Assembly: GCF_000196355.1 (NCBI RefSeq)
Contig: NC_007614.1
Span: 2,490,001 to 2,522,000, forward strand
Source of the DNA: Nitrosospira multiformis ATCC 25196
GTDB lineage: Bacteria; Pseudomonadota; Gammaproteobacteria; Burkholderiales; Nitrosomonadaceae
Direction of reading: 5' to 3'
DNA length: 32,000 nucleotides
Shown: positions 8,321-16,062 of the stretch, one piece after another
Layout: each line of letters opens with the position of its first letter
How positions within the stretch are numbered: the first letter of the stretch is position 1
The notes under the pieces: generated by a model
Databases searched by the model: none
What the model saw: only the letters and a program-made list of their open reading frames with translations
Told to the model about the DNA's origin: nothing
Made by a program: the position numbers and the translations under genes

Positions 8321-9817
8321 ATGACAGCCCCGAGAGAACTCACAGCCGAAACAAGATGCGGCTCCTCCATGGACTCCTCTCCCCCAACGGCAACCGATGA
8401 TATCAATAGCGCAGATATTGCGCTTCGCGTATCGGCCCTGTCAAAGACCTATCGCATTTATGGCCGTTCGCAGGACCGGCTGCTGCAAGGCTTGTGGGGT
8501 AACCGGAAGCAACTGTATCGGGAATTCCGGGCGCTGGACAGCATTTCCTTCGAGATTCGTCGCGGGGAAACTTTCGGCATCATCGGTCCGAACGGATCCG
8601 GGAAAAGCACGCTGCTGCAACTGATCGCGGGAACGCTGACACCCACTCAGGGTGAAATATATATCAAAGGCAAAGTCTCGGCTTTACTTGAGCTGGGAGC
8701 CGGCTTCAACGGGGAATTTACTGGCCGCGAGAATATCCGTATGGCGGCATCGATTGCGGGATTGAATCCTGGCGAGATCGGACAACGCCACGAGTGCATC
8801 GCCGCTTATGCCGACATTGGCGATTTCCTCGATCAACCGGTAAAGACGTACTCAAGCGGCATGTATGTACGCCTTGCATTCGCCGTCGCCATCTCGGTCG
8901 AGCCGGAGGTACTGATCATAGATGAAGCACTGGCGGTGGGGGACATGGAATTTCAGGCGAAGTGCATGGTGACATTGAAGCAGATGCAGGAACGCGGCAC
9001 CACCATTCTGTTTGTCAGCCATGATGTGGGAGCGGTGAGCGCCTTATGTAAGCGGACCCTTTATCTCAAGCATGGCCGGGCACTGGAAATCGGTCCTACT
9101 CCTGACGTCGTTGCACGCTATATTCGTGAAGTACAGGAAGCAAACAACCGGAAAATAAATGTAACCGTTTCTGAAAACAACGATTCGAGAACCACGAGCC
9201 CATCCGACGCTTCTGAGACCGGGATCGCTCCCTCCCACCGTACTGCTTCCCTCACCAGCGCTGAGGCCGCATCTGGAGCCGCTTCTGGATTCTTGACGGC
9301 AGCAAGCCCGTTCCGGAGCGTGGAGAAGAAACATCTTGCACGCTTTGCTGAAAATGCAAATCACTGCCGCTCGGGAACCGGCGATGTGCGTGTAATTTAC
9401 GCGGAAATGACAGATGATGAAGGACTGCCGGTACGCTCGGCAGAATTCGGACAATCAGTCCTCATACGGATCATCGTTGAAGCCGCCCGCACCTGTACTT
9501 TTTCAGTCAACTACAAAATTTGCGATAAGAATCGGACGCCGGTGATAGGAGCGGACTTCCTCATGCAAAGGCAGGCGCTGCTGACCCTGGAGCCGTCGCA
9601 GCAGGCCGAGGCGCTTTACCGGACATCGCTCCCGCTGACCGACGGCAGATACAGCTTGAGAATTTCACTCACACACCCCGTCAACGCCCATCAACAGGCA
9701 CTGTTCTTCGATATCGTGGAGATCGCCCATGTATTCGAGGTGCTGCCCAATCCGACTGCAAAGTTCTGGACACAGGTTTATCTGCCGAATACGCTCGATG
9801 TAAGGGTTCTGGAATGA
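8321..9817 (+). CDS. Wzt/TagH-type polysaccharide ABC-transporter ATP-binding protein with a C-terminal Wzt_C-like carbohydrate-binding domain
   Basis: Walker A GPNGSGKST, the motif ALLELGAGFNGEFTGRENI typical of ABC-2 glycan exporters, signature YSSGMYVRLAF and Walker B LIIDEALAVGD. A Ser/Ala-rich linker follows, then a ~190-aa beta-rich C-terminal domain (GTGDVRVIYAEM...SVLIRIIVEA...YSLRISLTH). The start is uncertain (8252, 8321 or 8369). Confidence 0.8.
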   Translation: MTAPRELTAETRCGSSMDSSPPTATDDINSADIALRVSALSKTYRIYGRSQDRLLQGLWGNRKQLYREFRALDSISFEIRRGETFGIIGPNGSGKSTLLQLIAGTLTPTQGEIYIKGKVSALLELGAGFNGEFTGRENIRMAASIAGLNPGEIGQRHECIAAYADIGDFLDQPVKTYSSGMYVRLAFAVAISVEPEVLIIDEALAVGDMEFQAKCMVTLKQMQERGTTILFVSHDVGAVSALCKRTLYLKHGRALEIGPTPDVVARYIREVQEANNRKINVTVSENNDSRTTSPSDASETGIAPSHRTASLTSAEAASGAASGFLTAASPFRSVEKKHLARFAENANHCRSGTGDVRVIYAEMTDDEGLPVRSAEFGQSVLIRIIVEAARTCTFSVNYKICDKNRTPVIGADFLMQRQALLTLEPSQQAEALYRTSLPLTDGRYSLRISLTHPVNAHQQALFFDIVEIAHVFEVLPNPTAKFWTQVYLPNTLDVRVLE

Positions 9818-10758
9818 GCGAGGCCCGGCGGAACAATCTTTCCGACAATCTTCCCGGCAATCTTTACGGGACGGGCAATTTGCTGGTCATCGCCCATCCG
9901 GGGCATGAATTGCGCCTCTACGGCTGGATCGCGCAGACGAAACCACTGGTATGCATTCTCACCGACGGTTCGGGAAGCGATGATCAGCCCCGGCTGGCAG
10001 CTACCTTGAACATTCTGCAGGGGCTGGGGGCTGAAATCGGCCCGGTATGCGGTGAACTCACCGACCGGCAAATCTACCGGAAGATACTGCGTAGCGAATA
10101 CGATATATTCGATGATCTCTGCGAGCGGTTGATTGCACTTATCGCCGCACGGGATATTCGCACGGTGGTAAGCGACGGCATCGAGGGCTACAACCCGACA
10201 CATGATTTATGTGAGGTACTTGTCCGGACTGCGGTGGCTATTACCAACAATGTCACCCACGTCCCCAGGGCTGCGGATGGAAAAGAATGCCCTGTCCGGC
10301 ATTACACTATCCCCCTCATGGGGGATCCGCGACCCGCTGCGCAGCCCACTGCATGTCGCGCAGAAGGCGCGAATCCTGTCATCCAGCAGGAGAGCGAGCA
10401 GTGCATTATCGAACTGAACGAGCGTGAGCGGGCGCACAAGCTGGAAACCCTGCGCGAGTATGGCAGTCGAGCGGGTGGAATCCTTCAGCAGGAGGTGGAG
10501 GATGCGTTCCGCTCGTATGGCGAAGAGGCTTTTGGCCGTGAATACCTGTATGCGTCCGCCGCACGGGGGAAAGAGCCGGAACGAAATTTCCTGCAACAGA
10601 AACCTTTTTATGAAATCCGCGGAGAACAGCGCGTGGCGGACGGTCGTTACCGGGACGTCATCCGGTTTCATGAGCATGTTCTGCCCATCATGAATCGGCT
10701 GAATACAAAGATATCGGCTGTGCGGCTAAAGTGGGAAAAGACAGAGAAAGCGCCATGA
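9814..10758 (+). CDS. LmbE/PIG-L-family (GlcNAc de-N-acetylase-like) protein with a variant metal-binding motif
   Basis: LLVIAHPGHELRLYG...CILTDGSGS...IRTVVSDGIEGYNPTHD follows the PIG-L pattern (AHPDDE ... TDG ... HPDH), but reads HPGHE and NPTHD instead. ATG 9814 overlaps the wzt-like TGA (ATGA). Confidence 0.6.
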   Translation: MSEARRNNLSDNLPGNLYGTGNLLVIAHPGHELRLYGWIAQTKPLVCILTDGSGSDDQPRLAATLNILQGLGAEIGPVCGELTDRQIYRKILRSEYDIFDDLCERLIALIAARDIRTVVSDGIEGYNPTHDLCEVLVRTAVAITNNVTHVPRAADGKECPVRHYTIPLMGDPRPAAQPTACRAEGANPVIQQESEQCIIELNERERAHKLETLREYGSRAGGILQQEVEDAFRSYGEEAFGREYLYASAARGKEPERNFLQQKPFYEIRGEQRVADGRYRDVIRFHEHVLPIMNRLNTKISAVRLKWEKTEKAP

Positions 10759-12644
10759 GGGTACTCATAACCAATAACACGCTCGACACCCGCGGCGGCT
10801 CCGAACTATATGTCCGCGACCTGGCCTTGGCGCTGCTGCGGCGCGGCCATAATCCAGTGGCCTATAGTACCCGACTTGGAGCGGTTGCCGAGGAGCTGCG
10901 CTCGGCGACCATTCCCGTCATTGACGATCTCAATCTGCTGACGGTTCCACCCGACATTATTCATGGCCAGCATCATCTCGATGCAATGACGGCCATGTTA
11001 TATTTTCCCGATACGCCCGCGGTCTACTTCTGCCATGGCTGGCTGCCGTGGGAAGAAATGGCGCCACGCTTCCCCACGATCCGGCATTATGTTGCTGTGG
11101 ACGATCTCTGCCAGGAGCGACTGCAATGCCTCCATGGCATCCCCCCCGAGCGCATTCGTGTAATACGCAATTTTGTCGACCTGCAGCGATTCGGCCTGCA
11201 CGCGGATTTACCTGCCATACCACGCAAGGCCCTGGTTTTCAGTAATTACATCGGTGAGGACGGCTGCCTGGGAATTCTGCGCCAAGCCTGTGCCGCGCGC
11301 GGCATCGAACTCGATGCCATCGGCCTTTCTGTCGGGCACAGTGAAGCCCGGCCTGAACGGATTCTCGGCTGCTATGACATTGTCTTTGCGAAAGCACGTT
11401 GCGCGCTTGAAGCCCTTGCCAGCGGAACGGCTGTAATAGCCTGCGACGCCGCCGGTCTCGGGGGCATGGTCATGCCGGACAACTATGAAACCTTTCGCGC
11501 GCTCAATTTCGGTATACGGAGTCTGCGTAATCCCATTACCCTGGATACCATCACGCGGGAACTCGACCGGTACGATGCGCCCGGGGCACGCGAGGTTACC
11601 CGGCGCGTACGATCAGAAGCAGGTATCGATCCGGCGATCGAACGGATTCTCCAAGTTTACCAGGAGGCAATGGAAGCGCACGTCCGCGAATCCAGGGAGA
11701 GGAAACCGAAACGGGAAAGCCCCTCCGACTCCCGCCTTCAGTCGGCAAGCAGATATCTCCGCGAGATTGCCGATTTCACCAAAAAGCGCCATCAGGTGGA
11801 GCAGGAGAAACATCTTGCTGTGGCTGAAGCCGCAGCGCAGCGTACACGCGCTGAGCAGGCCGAGTTCGAGTTGGGGAAAATCCACAATTCGCGTCTCTGG
11901 CCACTCGTCATGTTGCTCTATCGGCTCAAGTATAGGTTATGGAATCGTCCCATTGCCGTTCTTCGGGCACGTCGAGAAAATCGATTCCGGGAGAATCGAA
12001 ATGACCAAGACGGGAGCAAGGCTGGAGAAAACAACCATTCGGCCGATCGCGTCAGCGTATTCGAGCAAATCTATGTCCGCAATGCCTGGCAGAGTCCTGA
12101 ATCCCGGTCAGGGCCGGGCTCCACGCTGGAACGAACCGAGATACTGCGGTGCGAACTTCCTCCTCTGCTGGCCCGCCTCGGGGTTCGCACACTGGTGGAT
12201 GCACCTTGCGGGGATTGCAACTGGCGGCAGCATACTGTAATCGATCTCGATGCATACATCGGTGTCGATATCGTTCCTGCGCTGATAGAGGAAAACCGGC
12301 AGCGCTTTCCCCATTCCAACTGGAGATTCGAGGTTGCCGACCTGGTAGAAGATGACTTGCCGCGCGGTGATGCAGTGCTCTGCCGCGATGCCCTGATCCA
12401 TTTGTCGCTGACGGATATTCTGCGGGCGCTTTCCAATATCCGCCGCTCCGGGGCAAAGTACCTGCTGGCAACCAGCCATGAAACGACCAGCGCCAACACA
12501 GACATCGCCACGGGCGGGTGGCGTTCCGTGAACTTGACGCTGGCGCCTTTCAACCTTCCCCCTCCATTGGAGCGTATCGTCGAAAATCCGCAAACCGGAA
12601 AGATACTGGGCATATGGCTGCTGGCAGAGATACCGCTCTCCTGA
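10755..12644 (+). CDS. Fusion protein: N-terminal GT4-type glycosyltransferase, central coiled-coil/amphipathic segment, C-terminal class I SAM-dependent methyltransferase
   Basis: The N-terminus MRVLITNNTLDTRGGSELYVRDLALALLRRGH is a GT-B/GT4 start, and FAKARCALEALASGTAVIACD resembles the E-x7-E region. The middle is charged and heptad-like (KKRHQVEQEKHLAVAEAAAQRTRAEQAEFEL), followed by LWPLVMLLYRLKYRLW. The C-terminus carries methyltransferase motif I LVDAPCGDCNW and VLCRDALIHLS. ATG 10755 overlaps the previous TGA (ATGA). Confidence 0.7.
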   Translation: MRVLITNNTLDTRGGSELYVRDLALALLRRGHNPVAYSTRLGAVAEELRSATIPVIDDLNLLTVPPDIIHGQHHLDAMTAMLYFPDTPAVYFCHGWLPWEEMAPRFPTIRHYVAVDDLCQERLQCLHGIPPERIRVIRNFVDLQRFGLHADLPAIPRKALVFSNYIGEDGCLGILRQACAARGIELDAIGLSVGHSEARPERILGCYDIVFAKARCALEALASGTAVIACDAAGLGGMVMPDNYETFRALNFGIRSLRNPITLDTITRELDRYDAPGAREVTRRVRSEAGIDPAIERILQVYQEAMEAHVRESRERKPKRESPSDSRLQSASRYLREIADFTKKRHQVEQEKHLAVAEAAAQRTRAEQAEFELGKIHNSRLWPLVMLLYRLKYRLWNRPIAVLRARRENRFRENRNDQDGSKAGENNHSADRVSVFEQIYVRNAWQSPESRSGPGSTLERTEILRCELPPLLARLGVRTLVDAPCGDCNWRQHTVIDLDAYIGVDIVPALIEENRQRFPHSNWRFEVADLVEDDLPRGDAVLCRDALIHLSLTDILRALSNIRRSGAKYLLATSHETTSANTDIATGGWRSVNLTLAPFNLPPPLERIVENPQTGKILGIWLLAEIPLS

Positions 12645-13648
12645 TGATGAATCTGATGAATGCACCCGTGCCGCTATCCCCTGCCCTCGAATTAGCGTTG
12701 CCTGTTGATACTGCTGTCGTCGGCGTCGGATATTTCGGCAGCTTGCATGCATTATGCTACTCCCGCCTGCCCGGAAGCCGCCTCCAGGCATTGATCGACC
12801 CCGATCCGATTACGCAATTCCTGGCTGAGCATCTAGGCGTCCCCTGGTTTCCAGGTGTTGCAGAACTTCCGTCCACAATCCGCGCGGTATCGGTTGCCAC
12901 ACCGGTTGCCATGCATTTCGGGCTGACCAGATCGCTGCTCCAGCAAGGGCTGGACGTGCTGCTGGAAAAGCCGATTGCGGAAACCGCGGCACAGGCGACG
13001 GAACTGCGAATGGTAGCGGAGGCAAACCAATGCATCCTGCAGATCGGACATATCGAACGCTTCAATCCGGCCTATACCGCTGGCGGAACGCTCCTCCCGT
13101 TCGCCCGGACCGTCCGCTCGGTGCGGACCACACGACATCCTCCGCGATCCAGCGCACTGGACGTGGTCATCGACCTGATGATCCATGATCTTGACCTGAT
13201 TCTGCATAGCCTGGATTCCTCCGTGGTGGAACTGCGCGCCTCCGGTAGAAGCTGCGGTTTAACAGCCATAGATGAAGCAGAAGTTGAACTGACTTTCTCC
13301 AATGGGTGCCGGGTATACCTGGATGCACACTGGGGGCGAGATACGGAGCAGGACGCGCGCTGCATGGTTGCGGAACTGGAAAACGATGAAACCTGGGTCA
13401 TCGATTTCAGGCGCCGGATGACCTATCGCAAGGAACCCGGCAGCTCGACGGGTCCTTTGCCTGCGGACGGCCACACGCTTCCGTTTCCCATGCAACGGAT
13501 ACAGGAAGATACGTTGAGCCTGCAACTCGCGGCCTTCCTCGATGCCTGCCGCAACCGTTCACTACCCCGGGTTACGCCGGCGGAAGGCAATGCTGCCCTG
13601 GAGCTGGCGCACTGCATCCGGCAGCAGATACTCAGGCCCTGCCCGTGA
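12644..13648 (+). CDS. Gfo/Idh/MocA-family NAD(P)-dependent sugar oxidoreductase
   Basis: N-terminal Rossmann motif AVVGVGYFGSLHA, plus EKPIAET and the IGHIERFNP motifs typical of the family. ATG 12644 shares one base with the upstream TGA (TGATG). The ORF-track start at 12518 lies inside the upstream gene and is unlikely. Confidence 0.75.
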   Translation: MMNLMNAPVPLSPALELALPVDTAVVGVGYFGSLHALCYSRLPGSRLQALIDPDPITQFLAEHLGVPWFPGVAELPSTIRAVSVATPVAMHFGLTRSLLQQGLDVLLEKPIAETAAQATELRMVAEANQCILQIGHIERFNPAYTAGGTLLPFARTVRSVRTTRHPPRSSALDVVIDLMIHDLDLILHSLDSSVVELRASGRSCGLTAIDEAEVELTFSNGCRVYLDAHWGRDTEQDARCMVAELENDETWVIDFRRRMTYRKEPGSSTGPLPADGHTLPFPMQRIQEDTLSLQLAAFLDACRNRSLPRVTPAEGNAALELAHCIRQQILRPCP

Positions 13649-14769
13649 TCGTCCCGCAACTCGATCTCGCGCAGGAGTATCAGCAGCTGCGTGCGGAAAT
13701 CGACGCTGCTGTGCAGCGGGTGTTTTTGAAAGGCGCATTTATCGACAGCGCAGAAAACGCGGTACTGGAACACGAGCTTGCGGAATACATCGGCGCTGCT
13801 GAAGTCATCTGCGTCAATTCTGGCACCGACGCGCTGCTGCTCTCCCTCAAGGCATTGGGAATAGGAGCGGGCGATGACGTAATCGTGCCCGCCTTCACCT
13901 TCTTTGCAACGGCAGAGGCGGTAAGCCTCGCGGGAGCGCGCCCCTGTTTTGCCGACTGTGCACCCGGCCAATACAATATTGATGCGAGCAGCGTGGGGCA
14001 GGCGTTGACGCCGCGGACAAGAGCCGTCATCGCCGTCCATCTTTTCGGGCAGCCGGTCGATTTAAAGCCGTTACAGGAATTCTGCGCAAGCCACAACTTG
14101 TGGTTGATCGAGGATGCGGCCCAAGCAATCGGCGCGCGCTATCACGACCAGGGTATCGGATCCTTCGGTATCACCGGCGCCTTCAGCTTCTACCCCACAA
14201 AAAACCTAGGCACTTATGGCGACGGTGGAGCGATTGCCTGTAGCGATCCCGAGCTTGCGTCGCGATTGCGACGCCTTCGAAATCACGGACGGCAGGACCG
14301 CTACCAGCACACGGAAATCGGCTTCAACAGCCGTCTCGACGAACTCCAGGCAGCAATATTGAAGGTCAAGCTTGCCTATCTGGATGACTGGAATGCGCAA
14401 CGCCGCCAGCTCGCCACGCTCTACCAGCAAGCTCTGCAAAATACGGAATGCAACTGGCCGACAGTCCCTGAAGGCATTGTTCCCGTCCACCATCAGTTCG
14501 TAATTACCCATCCGCAGCGCGACGCGCTGCAACTGTTTCTGGCAGAACACAATATTTCAACTGCCGTTTTCTATCCCATTCCCTGCCATCTGCAGCCGGC
14601 CTTCTCGGAATCGCACGCCGGTGTCTCGCTGCCGCTGGCCGAACGTCTTGCCGATCAAGTGCTGGCCCTGCCTATCTACCCCGCCCTGCCTCCCGAAGCG
14701 GTAAGGCATATCGGGGAACTGATACAGGATTTTGAACACGTCGAACACGGGAAGGGGAAATCACCCTGA
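13645..14769 (+). CDS. DegT/DnrJ/EryC1/StrS-family PLP-dependent sugar aminotransferase
   Basis: Family motifs are present: NSGTDALLLSLKALGIGAGDDVIVPAFTFFATAEAV, LIEDAAQAIGA, and FSFYPTKNLGTYGDGGA with the PLP lysine. GTG 13645 overlaps the upstream TGA (GTGA). Confidence 0.88.
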   Translation: MIVPQLDLAQEYQQLRAEIDAAVQRVFLKGAFIDSAENAVLEHELAEYIGAAEVICVNSGTDALLLSLKALGIGAGDDVIVPAFTFFATAEAVSLAGARPCFADCAPGQYNIDASSVGQALTPRTRAVIAVHLFGQPVDLKPLQEFCASHNLWLIEDAAQAIGARYHDQGIGSFGITGAFSFYPTKNLGTYGDGGAIACSDPELASRLRRLRNHGRQDRYQHTEIGFNSRLDELQAAILKVKLAYLDDWNAQRRQLATLYQQALQNTECNWPTVPEGIVPVHHQFVITHPQRDALQLFLAEHNISTAVFYPIPCHLQPAFSESHAGVSLPLAERLADQVLALPIYPALPPEAVRHIGELIQDFEHVEHGKGKSP

Positions 14770-14797
14770 CCTCCATTATTGATAGGGAACAAACCTT

Positions 14798-15943
14798 ATG
14801 GCCACACTTCAGGAAAATGTCAGCATGGCGGTATTTTGTGACTTCGAAAATGTCGCTCTTGGCGTGCGTGATGCGAAATACGAGAAGTTCGATATCAAAC
14901 CGGTGCTGGAGCGATTGTTGCTCAAAGGCAGCATTGTCATAAAAAAGGCTTATTGCGACTGGGATCGTTACAAGACCTTTAAAACTGCGCTACACGAAGC
15001 AAATTTCGAGCTGATCGAGATTCCGCACATTCGTCAGTCCGGTAAAAACTCAGCCGACATCCGCCTGGTCGTGGATGCGCTCGATCTTTGTTACACGAAA
15101 TCGCATGTGAACACGTTCGTCATTATCAGTGGCGATTCCGATTTCTCGCCCCTCGTCTCCAAGTTGCGCGAGAACGCTAAACAAGTAATCGGTGTTGGAG
15201 TCAAGAAATCAACTTCAGATCTGCTGATAGCCAACTGCGATGAATTCATTTTTTATGACGATCTCGTGCGGGAAATCCAGCGTACTGCCGCGAAACACGA
15301 TACGGCAGAAGCACCGCCTGTGGTAAAACAGGCGCCTGCAGAGGAAAAACGCCCAGGAGAGGAACTCGAAGCACGCAAGGGCCAGGCAATCAACATGGCG
15401 GTAGAGACTTTCGACGCCCTGGTATCCGAGCGGGGCGACAGCGGAAAAATCTGGGCATCGACACTCAAGCAAGCGATCAAGCGCCGCAAACCTGGTTTTA
15501 ACGAGTCTTATTATGGCTTTCGTGCCTTCGGTAATTTGCTTGAGGAGGCGCAAGCCCGAGGCCTGCTTGAACTGGGCCGTGACGAGAAATCGGGCACGTA
15601 TGTTTATCGCAGCAGCAGCGCGGCCGATAGCGGTACAGCGGTGGAAGCGTCGGCGCCTGCTCCTGCTTCGCTGGAGATTGCGGCCCCCTCAGCGCCGCTC
15701 GACGGGCTCATCTCCCTGGATGAAACACATCAGCGGAGAAAGAGTCGTAAGGCCGGGGAAAAGAAAGCAGATTTGCTGCCAGCAACTCCTGTGCCCGGGG
15801 CAGAAACTGCACAGACTGCCGGCAATCCGGCAGATCAAACAGTGCCGGAAAAACCAGGAACCAAGGGAAGGAAAAAGCCAGCCACACGCCCTCCGCGCAA
15901 ACCGGAAGCCGGGACAGACAAGATCGACAAGAAGCCTGGTTAG
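14798..15943 (+). CDS. NYN (LabA/DUF88-like) nuclease-fold domain + OST-HTH/LOTUS domain protein with a Lys/Pro-rich disordered tail
   Basis: NYN signature: VFCDFENV...KAYCDW...GKNSADIRLVVDA...FVIISGDSDFSPLVSKLRE. A LOTUS-like segment follows (IWASTLKQAIKRRKPGFNESYYGFRAFGNLLEEAQARGLLEL), then the low-complexity tail KPGTKGRKKPATRPPRKPE. Confidence 0.75.
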   Translation: MATLQENVSMAVFCDFENVALGVRDAKYEKFDIKPVLERLLLKGSIVIKKAYCDWDRYKTFKTALHEANFELIEIPHIRQSGKNSADIRLVVDALDLCYTKSHVNTFVIISGDSDFSPLVSKLRENAKQVIGVGVKKSTSDLLIANCDEFIFYDDLVREIQRTAAKHDTAEAPPVVKQAPAEEKRPGEELEARKGQAINMAVETFDALVSERGDSGKIWASTLKQAIKRRKPGFNESYYGFRAFGNLLEEAQARGLLELGRDEKSGTYVYRSSSAADSGTAVEASAPAPASLEIAAPSAPLDGLISLDETHQRRKSRKAGEKKADLLPATPVPGAETAQTAGNPADQTVPEKPGTKGRKKPATRPPRKPEAGTDKIDKKPG

Positions 15944-16062
15944 TCTTTTCGCTTCCCCGTATGAAGCTACGAATCAATCGCTCATCGCCATGATGCAATG
16001 CGCGCCCTCAAAGGGATCGGATCGTGCCGGACAGTATTCCAGGTAGATTAAGGAATTCAATG

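Noticed and set aside
11485-12791. Several long alternative-frame ORFs (11485-12240 plus strand; 12071-12613 and 12108-12791 minus strand) inside the GT-methyltransferase and oxidoreductase genes.
   Set aside because: They overlap well-supported coding frames and translate to Arg/Ser/Pro-rich sequences without motifs.
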